Source: Azolla caroliniana
Taxonomy: Eukaryota > Plantae > Polypodiophyta
DNA: 64,000 nt
Assembly (NCBI GenBank): GCA_043228905.1
Contig: JBHGNT010000005.1
Coordinates: 24,738,001 to 24,802,000 of the forward strand
Direction of reading: 5' to 3'
Shown: positions 14,348 to 26,133 of the stretch, in pieces
Numbering within the stretch: position 1 is the stretch's first letter
Layout of the letters: the number at the start of each line of letters is the position of its first letter
Notes under the pieces: generated by a model
The model's input: only the letters and a program-made list of their open reading frames with translations
Database searches by the model: none
What the model was told of the DNA's origin: nothing
Made by a program: the position numbers and the translations under genes

Positions 14348-15169
14348 GTGAAGGTATTATAGCCTTAAGAGGGGTGTGAAACACCTTGACGAATAATTTA
14401 GAGTAACTCGGTTTGTAGAATGTTTTGAGAGGCATTTGAGAAAGACAACCCACAAATGATTGGAATCGTTAGTGTTGATGTTCAACAACAAAAATAAGAA
14501 AATTTATAGTTGGGAAGAAAAGTGTACATTGTGGCAATCCCAAAACATGTTTCATTAGTATGTGGCATGTGCATATTGAAGTTTTTTTTTTTTTTTTTTT
14601 TCCAAAAAAAATTCTACTTCCATTAGTTAAGAAAAAGTACATGGAATAATATACAACTCATATGTTACAAGCCACTTTACAATGGCTACAACAAAACATC
14701 ATGTATAAATGAAGCAACTAAGCCTCATCACATAATTACTTGACAGACGCCCATCAACATGAGCCTCACACACCCACATTTAGCAAAGACACCCGCCAAT
14801 CACTTCACAATTCAGCACCTACCTCTATGTTTGGTACCCTAGGAGGGAACAACCATCGGGGAGGTTGATATATCCACTTTGTAAAGGTAAAGAGGGATGT
14901 TTGACGGATCAGCTATTGAGAGATGACGTTCAACAAACAAGACTGTAGTAGAGATGAGAGTAGAGACACGCAGATCTTTGGTGTACCCAACCGCCTTGAT
15001 TGGTACACAAGAAAAAAAAGGTTATTATATTAATTAACCTTACAAAGAAAGTGGTGTGTTCACATTACAAAAAAAAAAAGGTGTCATGTCTAGGTGAACA
15101 ATGTGTTCACATATACGAATAATTACCTAATTTGTGAACTACGGGCCTTTACACCTAACAACCTCCCAC

Positions 15170-18100
15170 TTAAAGGTCCGATGTGAACATTGAAGTAACT
15201 CCCACTAACTGTATGCAATGCTCATGTTGAGCTTTGCCAAGACTTTTAGTGAGAATATTTGCAGGATTATCCTGTGTTTTGATCTTGGTCAATGTGACTA
15301 GACCATCCTCCAAAACTTGTCTGATAAAGTGATGTCGCACATCAATGTGTTTGGTGCGCGAATGAAACATGGCATTCTTAGCCAGATACACAGCACTCTG
15401 GCTATCACATCCTAACACAGGAGTACTAACAGACATGCCAAGATCTTCACCAAGTCTGCTAAGCCATATAGCTTCCTTTGAAGCTTCTGTAGCTGAAATA
15501 TATTCAGCTTCAGTAGTACTCAGTGCTACAATCTTTTGCAATTTGGAGCACCAAGACACTGCTCCACCAGCAACTGTAAATATATACCCGCTAGTAGACT
15601 TACATGTATCCAAGTCACCTGCCATGTGTGCATCACAATATCCCTGCAAATTTAATGCACCCTTCCCATAGCATAAACATTTTCTCTGTGTACCTTTAAG
15701 ATACCTGAAAACACACTTGACAGCCTCCCAATGTGCTTTCCCGGGATTAGACATATAGCGATTAACAACTCCCACTGCATAAGCAATATCTGGACGAGTA
15801 GCTACCATAGCATACATTAGAGAACCACATGCTGATGCATAAGGAATTCCCTTCATAGCATTGATTTCCATCTCATCCTTTGGACAATCAACCTTGCTGA
15901 GTTTAAGGTATGACGGCAAAGGAACTCCAAGGAACTTTGCTTCTACCATATTAAATCTGTTAAGCACTTTTTCAATGTACTTTTCTTGTGACAAAAACAA
16001 CAATTTGTCTTTTCTGTTTCTACTGATTCTCATGCCCAAAATATGCTCTGCATTTCCCAAATCTTTCATAGAGAAGACCAATTTCAGTTGATCTTTTAGA
16101 GCATCAAGACTAGTCTTTCTTTTCCCAGCTAGCAACATATCATCCACATATAGAACAAGTATGATAGGACTGTCATCGATATCCTTTTTCGTGTATAAAC
16201 AATGATCTACATAGCTACGATCAAAGCCTTGAGAAAGCATAAAAGTATCAAACTTCTTATACCACTGTCGTGGTGCTTGTTTTAGGCCATACAAGCTACG
16301 TTTTAGTTTGCATACCAAATGCTCCTTGTTAGAGACTACAAAACCCTCAAGTTGTTTCATGTAGATCTCTTCATCAATATCACCATGCAAAAAAGAGGTC
16401 TTTACATCCATTTGGTACAACTCCAAATTAAGCATTGCAGTGAGAGCAAATAGCACACGAAGTGTTGTCATCTTCACAACAGGAGAGAAGACCTCTTGGA
16501 AGTCAATACCTTCCTTCTGTGCATAACCCTTGGCAACTAATCTTGCCTTGTATTTTGGTTTCCCTTCAATTTCCTTTACCTTGTAAACCCACTTATTTGG
16601 AAGAGCTTTCCTTCCTTGAGGTAAGGACACAAGATCCCATGTATCATTTGCATATAAAGATTTTATTTCTTCTTGCATTGCAAGCTCCCACTTACTGCTA
16701 ACTTCACATGACATTGCCTCCTTATAAGTAAGAGGTTCACCCTCATCTGACAGCATGACATAATGCAAAGAGGGGTCATATCTATATACCTGCCTCCTTG
16801 AACGATTAGACCTACGTACCCAATGATCAATATTTTCTGGGATTGGTTCTAAATTTGGAGGAAAATCATTTTCAACACTTTCTGGCTGTTGCGAACCATG
16901 TCCAGCATGTTGTTCGACATCTATATTTTGTTCTTCAGTACCTTCATCTCGTTGACCAATATCTTCATGAGCATCTCTTTGCTGTCCAACTTCTTGTAGA
17001 AAGTAGTGTGCGGAAGCAGGTATGAAGACAGAACAGAGGAAGGAAACTCAGGTTCAATGGAGAGCTTGGGCTTACACGGTATACGCGGGAGAGACAGAGA
17101 GAGAAACACAAAAAACTATATTCAATAATAATACTCAGTCTATACATAAGACGTGCTCAGTGAGCACTTTTATACAAGTCCTGGAAGGACTGACCGAAGT
17201 ACTGATAGTACTTCAATGCTCATCAAGAGCTCCTACACTAACTCCCAAATATATTCCTCACAGAATATCTTTCCTAACGACCTCCCGGTTTACGCACTCG
17301 GCCTAACCGATCCGATCCTCGGCTTCTTCAGCCGATCCGGCCGATGTTGAGCTTGTCTCTCAACACTTCTTCTGGCTCAAAGATAACCGGTTGACCATCA
17401 TATTCAACCTTTGGTATAGCATCATGAGGTTTATTTTCAGATTTTGTGGATGGCTGTAGATGCTGAAATGTAACGCTCTTATAGTTCCCAACAGAGGAAC
17501 AAGCATTTTTCAACAATTTTTCTTCATTAAAAACAACATCCCGGCTGCGTACAATTTTTCTGGACTGAGGTAACCAAATCCTATAGCCCATTTCATCTTC
17601 ATCACCATAGCCCATAAAAATGCCCATGGTGGACTTAGCATCGAGCTTATTTCTCAGCTCACTTCTAATGTGTACAAACGCATCACAACCGAAAATTCGT
17701 AAATGGTCATATGAAGCTGGTTTGCCAGACCAAACCTCCTCAGGGATTCCATTTTTTAAGGACTTGTTGGGAGAATGATTACATATATGAACCGCGGTTT
17801 TTAATGCTTCTCCCCAAAATTCATGAGGGAGATTACCTGTGGACAACATGCATCGTACTCGCTCACACAAGGTCCTATTATACCTTTCTGCCACCCCATT
17901 TGATGAAGGGTTATATGGAGCAGTAAGCTCTCTTTTAATACCATGTAAGTCACAATAAGACTTAAATTCTGCAGATGTAAACTCACCCCCATTATCTGTT
18001 CTGAGACATTTCAGTTTTGTCCCTTTTTGAGTAGTCACAAATGCATGAAAAGATTTAAATGCATCAAATGCATCACCTTTTCTTTTCATCAAGTACACCC

Positions 18101-19756
18101 AAATCTTCCTAGAATAATCATCGATAAAAGAAATAAAATATGCAGCACCACCCAAGGATTTTACAAGCATGCTACATACATCAGAATGCACCAAATTTAG
18201 CACATTTGGTTTACGAGAGATACCAGAATAATAAGAATTTCTCACTTGTTTGCCAAATAGACAATCATTACAAAAAACCAGCTTTGATCCTTTAACATCA
18301 AATCTTTTTAAAGCAGAAAGGACTTCAAGTCCTTTTTGGCTCATATGTCCTAATCTCTTATGCCAAAGCTCTAAACGAGAGTCGAATTCAGCAATAGCAA
18401 GAAACTTTCCAGGTAAAGCTTTGCATTGCAAACAGTACAGAGTGCCCTTTTTGCAACCTTTCACACAATAACCATAGATCCTTTCTTTAGTTTCCATAAT
18501 CCACCACCGAATAATGTGGTGTAACCATGCAAATCCATCTATCCTACAGATAGCAAGCTTTTCTTTATGCTAGGTACATACCTAACATCTTTGAGCACAA
18601 GCTCTTGACCATTATCCAAAGACAAGTGTATGGTTCCAATACCATCAATATTGCAAGCACTATTGTTACCAAGATAAACTTTTCCATAACTGCCTGCATC
18701 AAATGTGGTAAAGCACTCCAAACATGGAGTAACATGAAAAGAAGCCCCAGAGTCTACTATCCATGTCTGTGTCAATCCATCATTGATTGACAATAAAGCA
18801 TCAATAACATCTGTTTTGGTGATTTGCATGTCTTGAACATGAGCTATAAAGGCATCATCTGTAATACAAAGTACATCACCATCTTCACCAGATAGGTCTT
18901 CAATGATAACATTTGAAGCCATATTAGCTTTCTCTGTTGTATTAAACTTATCCTCTTTGTTTTTCTTCTCTCCTACATTCTTCTTCCTTTCTAGTTCCAT
19001 CTTCCAATATCTACAATCAGGTTTCTTATGACCTTTACGGCCACAATGATAGCAAGTGATATCTTGTTGTTTTCCTTTCCCTCTACTCTTACTTCTATTT
19101 CTTTGTCCTACATTTGGGTTCCTCTTATCATATCTCCCCCTAATATTGTATGCTGAACCACTACCTTCTCCGCTAGATTGTCTTCTAATCTCTTCACTAA
19201 GAATAGAGCCCCGCACACCATCGAAGGTCAAGGTGGGGCTATTAGATAGTGAAACAACTAATGTTTCCCACGAATCCAGTAAAGTCATAATTAGGAAGAT
19301 AGCTTTAAGCTTGTCATCAAAAGCTGGTAATCTTGAATCTTGTAGTTGGGAGAGAGTACCTGTGAATAAAGATAGATGCTCTGTTGCACCTTTCGACTCA
19401 TCAAGCCTCATACTAACAAGTTTTCTCATCAAATGCACCTGATTCACAGGAGTAGTATTCTCGTAAGTTTTCTTAAGTTTCTCCCAAACTTGATGGGCAG
19501 TAGTCAAGCCCTTTACATCTACAAGAATTTCATCAGAAACAGCCATTTTAATATATGTAATGGCTTTCTTATTCAGAGTGTTCCAAGCATCATTTTCCAT
19601 GCTCTCTGGTTTCTTTTCTACAAGAGCATCTTCACAATCTCTTAGAAAGAGGATGCCTAACATACGCTCTTTCCACAATTCGAAACCTTTTCCATCAAAT
19701 CTCTTGATTTCAAAGAGGCTTTTCACTTCAGCTGAAGTGGAGGCCATTGCTCCCAA
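15170..19756 (-). pseudogene. copia gag-pol polyprotein, disrupted
   Basis: Zinc knuckle CYHCGRKGHKKPDC, protease WIVDSGAS, integrase HSDVC..IDDYSR..RTDNGGEF..NGVAER, RT LYVDDML, RNase H. Lesions: TAG at 18539-18541, a frameshift near 18460 and a solo-LTR insertion. Removing the solo LTR restores the frame (...FEPEEVGQQRDAH...). Confidence 0.93.
16995..17365 (-). mobile_element. Solo LTR (371 bp) inserted in the copia pol region
   Basis: TG...CA ends with CTTCT target-site duplication (16990-16994, 17366-17370). The minus-strand start TGTTGAGAGACAAGCTCAAC resembles the LTR start at 48444. Confidence 0.92.
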
Positions 19757-20071
19757 GATTTATGACAGATGCCTTCAGAAATTGAGCAAAATACCAATAG
19801 GAAAGGGTTTGACAGATTTTTTATTTTTTTTTGTTTTTATTTTTAAAATCTGTGTTTTCTGCTGATTCTGAATCTAAAGAAAAACAGCAAAGTAGAGGAA
19901 AGAGATTTGGCTTTGATACCAGTTAAAGGTAAAGAGGGATGTTTGACGGATCAGCTATTGAGAGATGACGTTCAACAAACAGGACTGTAGTAGAGATGAG
20001 AGTAGAGACACACAGATCTTTGGTGTACCCAACTGCCTTGATTGGTACACAAGAAAAAAAAGGTTATTATA

Positions 20072-21311
20072 CAGTAGACATTCGGTTAAGTGCGTGCCCA
20101 CATAAGTGCACCATTCTATTAAGTGCGCCTTTTTTAGTGGTCAAAATCCGGATAAAAAAAATTACATTGTTTCATGACGAAATTACATCAAACCAAGTTA
20201 AAACTATGTTCCAAACATTCAGAAAACAACGAAAGGAGCTTCTGTGGGTATGTCTATGTGTGTGTCATATGTGTGTGTTTACGATTACAAGGACATCCCA
20301 CAAGTTTAGTCACACAGGAACCAAGAAGTGTTATGGTAACGAGAGCGAGTCCAAACATTAAGAAAACAACGAAAGGAGTTTCTGTGGGTATGTCATGTGT
20401 GTCATGTGTTCTACATGTGTGTGTGCGTGTGTGTGTTACGATTACAAATCTGTGATTTTGATTCTTGATTAAAGAACATAAGCAAAGAATGGAAAACAAA
20501 TCTTGATGATCGTGAATAGTCAAGTTTTGTAGCAATTGGCTGTGAACGTGAGCTCTCCTTCTCCACGCGCAACATATCCATCTGTTCTCCTTTTCTTTCT
20601 GTGTGTGCCTGTATCACATCTGTGTGTGCTCTTTTCTTGCATGAAGAAAGCCTCTCTCCCTCCCTCTCTCTTTCTGTGCATCTTGTTTAGATGACAAAAG
20701 TTGCAGTCGGTGATCTATCTGTTGCTCCCCCTCTCTCTTTTCTTGTCTCCTCCATCTGTACTTCAATTCCTCAAACTTGCTGCCACTAGGAAGAAAACGC
20801 AAGAAAAAATCCCATCGCATGATGCATCCAAGGAAGCTCATTAGGTTTGTTGCATAATGGATGTATTTCTCAGATGTAGCAAAAAGACAAATACCATCTA
20901 GAACCGAGAAAGAAATTGAAGAGTGTGTATGGTGAAACTAGAAACATTTTAGGTTAATTTAACACATAAATTGATCACTTTTCTTATCAAGAATTGTATG
21001 ATTAGCATACAGAAGGAAAAATATTTAAGAAAACCCTAAAAATTTCCCAAAAACCCTAAAATGTTTGAGAGAAAGAAATTGAAAAGTATGAATGGTGGAA
21101 CTAGAAACATTTTAGGTCAATTTATCACATAAATTTATCACTTTTCTTATCAAGATTTGTATGATTAGCATACAGAAGGAAAATATTTCAAAAAACCCTA
21201 AAAATTTCCAAAAAACCCTAAAATGTTTCAGAAAACCCCTAAGTGCGCAGCTCAGTTAAGTGCGCACTTCTTCCTTGCGTTCAAATTGCGCACTTAACCG
21301 AATGTCTACTG
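20072..21311. mobile_element. Non-autonomous Tc1/mariner-superfamily (pogo-like) DNA transposon, 1240 bp, inserted in the copia 5' LTR
   Basis: Perfect 23-bp TIRs CAGTAGACATTCGGTTAAGTGCG with TA target duplication; the empty site is visible in the sister LTR. Internal ~163-bp direct repeats (about 20907-21230) carry AAACCCTAAA motifs. No transposase ORF was recognised. Confidence 0.93.
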
Positions 21312-22634
21312 TATTAGTTAACCTTACAAAGAAAGTGGTGTGTTCACATTACAAAATAAAAAGGTGTCCTGTCCAGGTGAACAATGTGTTCACATATACG
21401 AATAATTACCTAATTTGTGAACTACGAGCCTTTACACCTAACACTTTGCATTGCCATCCACCATCTGTAACATCGGGGAACCTCTCCATTTTAGAAGGAA
21501 ACATACTGAAGTTATTATGACTTTAAGAGGAGTGTGAATTGCTTCCATGAGTATTTTGATTTATATGTTCTAAACTATCCACTTACAAAATAACTTTAAT
21601 GTGTCCATTTATAAATATGTTTCCAATCTATCAATTAAGAAAGCTATCAGCTTCTGTTGACATTCTTTTCATAATGTTTATAGAAACTTGATTTGTACAT
21701 AACATACAATGGGATAATGAAATTAAAGTTGATATTCTCATATGCAAATAGCACAATGGGGAAGCACTTTGATTGTTATAGTCTTGCGTGGTTACACATT
21801 CTCGCAAGTAAATCTTGAATACTTTTAGCATTTGTGTGTGTGTATGGTTAGTAGTTCTAGGTCTCATGCCACTTATGTTAAATTCATCATCCCTTTATAA
21901 AAGAGTGTGCATGTACATCTCTTGCACTTCTCATCATCTTTAGTGTGGTCGACTCACGAAATTATGTGAGGGTTGTGTGCAATTATAGCACAGTGCATTG
22001 CTGAAAACTTGTTTGTTTCAAAGAAGAAGAAGAATGGACAAAAGTGAGAGAGTTTGCCCATACCTGCATAAACAATGTTCAATGGGTTTTTTCCCAAAGT
22101 CACAGTATAAATTTGTACAAGATGTTTGTGCCATCATAGATGAAGAAAATTTTTCTTTCATGATATTTATGCTCCATGTTTCACTTCAAGCCATGACATG
22201 GTTATAATTTGGTGGGTCAACAACCTCATTGTCTCGGGGAAGGGTGATGCATACAAAATCTTTGGCAGGTGGATACCGAGCAACCAACATGTCGAAGAAG
22301 TGCACACAACACAATTGGGCGGGTTGAATATTATACCAAAGTGAACCCAAATTTAGTTGTCGTAGCACGCATGGGTGACCAAGTGGTGGCTAATCGAATT
22401 AAAAAGCAACAAGGAGTGCGTGCACAAAATGGAAGTAAGTGGGTCGCGATGGGCCTTTATACACCCACCAATGAAAGCTCGAGAGAATGCATGGTCAAGC
22501 CACGACTATTGAAGCAGCAGGCAGGGCGCTTGTCATACGAAAGGATAGCAGGGCACATAATTTCTTCATACTCTATTCCTATTGTTTCAGACATGAGTAG
22601 TAAAACCCGAAGCCTATGTATGTGCAAAGCGCAA

Positions 22635-22866
22635 TCCGGACAACCGGAGGTATGTCCGGCCAATCGGAGGTATGTCCGGCCAATCGGAGCTATTTGTCTG
22701 GCCAATCGGAGCTATATATCCGGCCAATCGGAGTTATATGTCCAGCCAATCGGAGCTATATGTCCGGCCAATCGGAGCTATTTGTCCGGCCAATCGGAGC
22801 TACCTGTCCGGACAATCGGAGCTACCTGTCCGGACAATCGGAGCTATTTGTCCGGCCAATAGGAGC
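22635..22866. repeat. Minisatellite, ~22-bp unit TGTCCGGCCAATCGGAGCTA(T/C)N, ~11 copies
   Basis: Directly visible; ends about 120 bp upstream of the PPR ATG. Confidence 0.95.
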
Positions 22867-22987
22867 AATGGCGGGCAGGTCATGGGAGAGACATGTCTCT
22901 CAATGCTTCTAGACTCTAGTCTCTTCTAGCTACCATAGCTATTACCTCAGTGTTTGTGTCTGTACATCCACACACAGTCTAGCATGG

Positions 22988-25594
22988 ATGGCCTCTTCAT
23001 CATACATGGTGGACACATCCCTCCTCCCAAATGAACGAGCATGGACATCTGCCCTGCTCCTCTGCATCACATCACAGGAATGGACCCAAGCTCTTTCCCT
23101 CCATCGCCAAATGCAAGAGGCATGTACACTCCCCACACACTTCACTTTCCTACCCCTCCTCAAAGCTTGCTCTAAGCTTAAAGACCTCAAAACAGGAAGG
23201 CTCCTGCATGCCCAAATCAATGGATTGCACTGTGGCCATCACCTTCTTGTATGTAGGAGCTTGGTGGGCATGTACGCCAAGTGTTGCGCTCTCCCTGAAG
23301 CTCGAGATTCCTTCTTCGAGCTCCCTGAGAGAAATGTGGTCTCTTGGAACACTATGATATCAGGCTATGCTGAATATGGCCCTCGAACACATGCACTGCA
23401 ATGTTTCGAGCAAATGAAGTTCGAGGGCTTCTCCCCTAACGATGCCACCATAGCTTCGATGTTTAAGGTATGTGGAGCCATGGAAGCATATAGTAAAGGT
23501 CACGAAATTCATATGATGTTGCTTATGCTTAAGAATAAGAAGGATAAGAATGATGATGGTTGTGGTGCTGACGATGATGGTCTTTGTCATGATGATTCAG
23601 AGATTGGATTGTGCGTTGGAAATGCATTGATTGGAATGTATTCGAGAAGGGGGGGGTCATGCGAAGCTGCCCGAGTGGTATTTGATGGCCTTGTGGATCG
23701 AGATGTCGTCTCTTGGACTGCCCTTATTGCCGGATATGCTGAACATGGCTCTGCCGAAGAAGCCTTAATTTGCTTTGAAGCCATGAAATCCCATCACATA
23801 GCTCCAAATTCAGTCACTTTTGCTTGCATCTTGAAGGCTTGCGGTAGGCTTGGAGACATGCAAATAGGCCAAGAAATTCATGTGGATATAGTACAAGAAG
23901 GGTATGAATCAGATTTAACTGTTGGGAATAGTGTGGTTGGGATGTATGTGAAATGTGGTTCGATGGTCCAGGCTCGGGATGCTTTTGATGAGCTGAAGGT
24001 TAGAGATGTGGTGTCATGGACGGCTCTTATTTCTGGATATGCTGAAAATGGCCAAAGTGAAGAAGCTTTGAACTCTTTTGAGAAGATGTGTCTAGAAGGC
24101 ATACCCCCGGATGCTGTCACATATGCATGTTGCCTGAAAGCTTGTGATGGCATTGGAGCCATAGATGAGGGCCGAATATTACATGAGAAGCTCGCTAGTG
24201 ATGGATTTGAGAGTGAGATTTCTATCAGCAATACATTGATCGGAATGTATGCAAAGTGTGGGCTTTTACTGGAAGCTGAAGATGTGTTTTACTCACTACC
24301 AGCTCGAAATGTTGTCTCATGGACGGCACTTATTGCAGGATATACCGAACATGGGTCTGGCCAAGATGTACTCAAACATTTCGAGCAAATGCAGCATGAC
24401 GGAATCACGCCCAATGAAGTAACATATTGTTGTGTTCTCAAAGCTTGTGGAATCATTGGGGCAGCTCGAAAAGGTCAAGAAATTCACTTGGAGATCTCAC
24501 AGAAAGGAATAGAGTTAAGAGATATGTCACTTGGGAAAACTCTTGTGGGCATGTATACCAAGTGTGGATTGCTTTCCAAGGCTCAGGATGTCTTCGATAA
24601 GCTTGTGATTAGAGATGTAATGTCATGGACATCGATGATTTCTGGCTATGCCGAACACGGGTTCGGTCACGAAGCACTGAATTGCCTTGACCAAATGCAA
24701 CGTGAACAGGTTGATTTGAATGTGATCTCATATGTTTGTGCCATAAAAGCTTGTGGAAATATAGGAGTATTAGCCAAGAGCTATAAATTACATGCAGAGA
24801 TTATTTTCAAAGGTTTTGAACGAGAGATTTTGGTTGCAAATAGCCTCATTAGCTCATATGCAAAATGTGGTGCTTTTGAAGAGGCATGGCTAATCTTTAA
24901 TAAGTCTCCTGTTCAAGATGCTGTCTCTTGGTGCTCAATGATGAAAGGATATGCTTTGAACCAGGAACCAATGATGGCTCTTAATTGCTTTAAAAGTATG
25001 AAAAAACACGGCATCCATCCTGATGCCGTGACATTTATATGTCTTCTCAATGCATGTTGTCAAAATGGCATGCTCCTTGAAGCATACCAATATTTCGAAG
25101 AAATGGAAGCTTTGTATGGAATTGTACCATCCATAGAACACTATTCTTGTATTGTGGATATCCTTGCAAGGTCGGGATATTTATATGAAGCAGAGCATTT
25201 CCTTGAGATGCTTTCTCCGCCCCCCGAAGCAACATGGACAGCTTTGCTAAGTGCTTGCAAAATGTATGGAGATGAAGAAGTAGGGATGAGATGTTTTAAG
25301 CTGCTTGTGGAGTTGAATCCCAAAGATGCAACTTGGTATGTGATGATGTCGGATATTTATTTAAGTGTGGGGAAGTTGGAGGATTCTTTGCGGATTGAAG
25401 AGATGAGAAAACTTGCACGAGCTGATAAAAAGCCCGCCATTGCCTTAATAGAATTAGATAACAAAATTCATGAATTTCTGGTGGGAACTAATCAAGAAAC
25501 AAGAAATTCATCAACCATGCATAAGTTGGTGCGTAAGATGAAAATGGACGGGTATTTATTAGACCTTGATCTTTCCAAGATTCAATTCTCTTGA
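22988..25594 (+). CDS. PLS-class pentatricopeptide repeat protein with E domain and KP box, lacking the deaminase core (868 aa)
   Basis: Repeated P-L-S triplets (NVVSWTALIAGY / PNSVTFACILKAC / VGNALIGMY), E motifs, then KKPAIALIELDNKIHEFLVG...GYLLDLD and stop. No HxE or CxxC. Confidence 0.93.
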   Translation: MASSSYMVDTSLLPNERAWTSALLLCITSQEWTQALSLHRQMQEACTLPTHFTFLPLLKACSKLKDLKTGRLLHAQINGLHCGHHLLVCRSLVGMYAKCCALPEARDSFFELPERNVVSWNTMISGYAEYGPRTHALQCFEQMKFEGFSPNDATIASMFKVCGAMEAYSKGHEIHMMLLMLKNKKDKNDDGCGADDDGLCHDDSEIGLCVGNALIGMYSRRGGSCEAARVVFDGLVDRDVVSWTALIAGYAEHGSAEEALICFEAMKSHHIAPNSVTFACILKACGRLGDMQIGQEIHVDIVQEGYESDLTVGNSVVGMYVKCGSMVQARDAFDELKVRDVVSWTALISGYAENGQSEEALNSFEKMCLEGIPPDAVTYACCLKACDGIGAIDEGRILHEKLASDGFESEISISNTLIGMYAKCGLLLEAEDVFYSLPARNVVSWTALIAGYTEHGSGQDVLKHFEQMQHDGITPNEVTYCCVLKACGIIGAARKGQEIHLEISQKGIELRDMSLGKTLVGMYTKCGLLSKAQDVFDKLVIRDVMSWTSMISGYAEHGFGHEALNCLDQMQREQVDLNVISYVCAIKACGNIGVLAKSYKLHAEIIFKGFEREILVANSLISSYAKCGAFEEAWLIFNKSPVQDAVSWCSMMKGYALNQEPMMALNCFKSMKKHGIHPDAVTFICLLNACCQNGMLLEAYQYFEEMEALYGIVPSIEHYSCIVDILARSGYLYEAEHFLEMLSPPPEATWTALLSACKMYGDEEVGMRCFKLLVELNPKDATWYVMMSDIYLSVGKLEDSLRIEEMRKLARADKKPAIALIELDNKIHEFLVGTNQETRNSSTMHKLVRKMKMDGYLLDLDLSKIQFS

Positions 25595-25890
25595 GGATTG
25601 TACCAAAATTTGCTTATGCCAAATCCACTATCAATGTTGATTCAAGAGGCGAGAAATTCGTCAAAGTTGGTGTGAAAGATGAAAATAGAATGGTACTTAC
25701 TGGACCTTGATCTATCGAAGATTCATTTCCCTTGAGGATCAAAACATAACTTGTTTTTACAGAATCCATCATCAATGTTGATTCAAGAGGTAAGAAATGT
25801 CAACATGCATAAGTTGATGCAAGTGACGAGAATGGAAGGGTACTTATCGAACCTTCATCTGTCCAGGATTCACTTCTATTGGGAATCAAA
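25490..25890 (+). repeat. Three diverged tandem copies (~140-150 bp) of the PPR C-terminus and stop region
   Basis: tcaaga...agaaat...aagttg.tg...aatgga.gggta.tta...acctt.atct.tc.a.gattca.ttc recurs at about 25492, 25641 and 25782. Confidence 0.85.
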
Positions 25891-26012
25891 CCAATGATAT
25901 TTTTGGCCATTATGATGGGGTTGGCGGTCACATTTGTGGTGACCATGGAGGAGATGACCCTAATGCTTGTACCATAAAGATGCATGGGCCTATAACATCA
26001 TGGTGCCTCTGT

Positions 26013-26133
26013 TACCAATCTTGAGTCTCTCGTACAGATCAAAATATCTATGGTATGAATCATGTGCCTCTGATACCAATCTTGAGTCTCTCGTACAGAT
26101 CCAAATACCTATGATACGAATCATGTGTCTCTC
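26013..26133. repeat. 60-bp tandem duplication
   Basis: taccaatcttgagtctctcgtacagatc.aaata.ctatg.ta.gaatcatgtg.ctct twice. Confidence 0.85.

Larger units (their letters stand above)
14882..21443 (-). mobile_element. Full-length, disabled Ty1/copia LTR retrotransposon (Tnt1/Tork-like); LTRs 14882-15160 and 19924-21443 (the latter interrupted)
   Basis: ~279-bp LTRs differing at about 8 sites. CTTTG target-site duplication at 14877-14881 and 21444-21448. tRNA-iMet PBS TGGTATCAAAGC at 19910-19921 and PPT AGTGGGAGGT at 15161-15170. Domain order gag-PR-IN-RT-RH. Confidence 0.95.

Noticed and set aside
14880-14881. Canonical TG/CA terminus for the first copia element
   Set aside because: It gives no target-site duplication and is not shared by the other LTR; those bases belong to the CTTTG duplication.
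22635-22866. CRISPR-like array
   Set aside because: Units are contiguous with no unique spacers, there are no cas genes and the context is eukaryotic. It is a minisatellite, and the ORFs crossing it are repeat artefacts.
26067-26078. tRNA-Met PBS-like motif (minus-strand TGGTATCAGAGG)
   Set aside because: No adjacent LTR or gag was recognised; it sits at the junction of a 60-bp tandem duplication.
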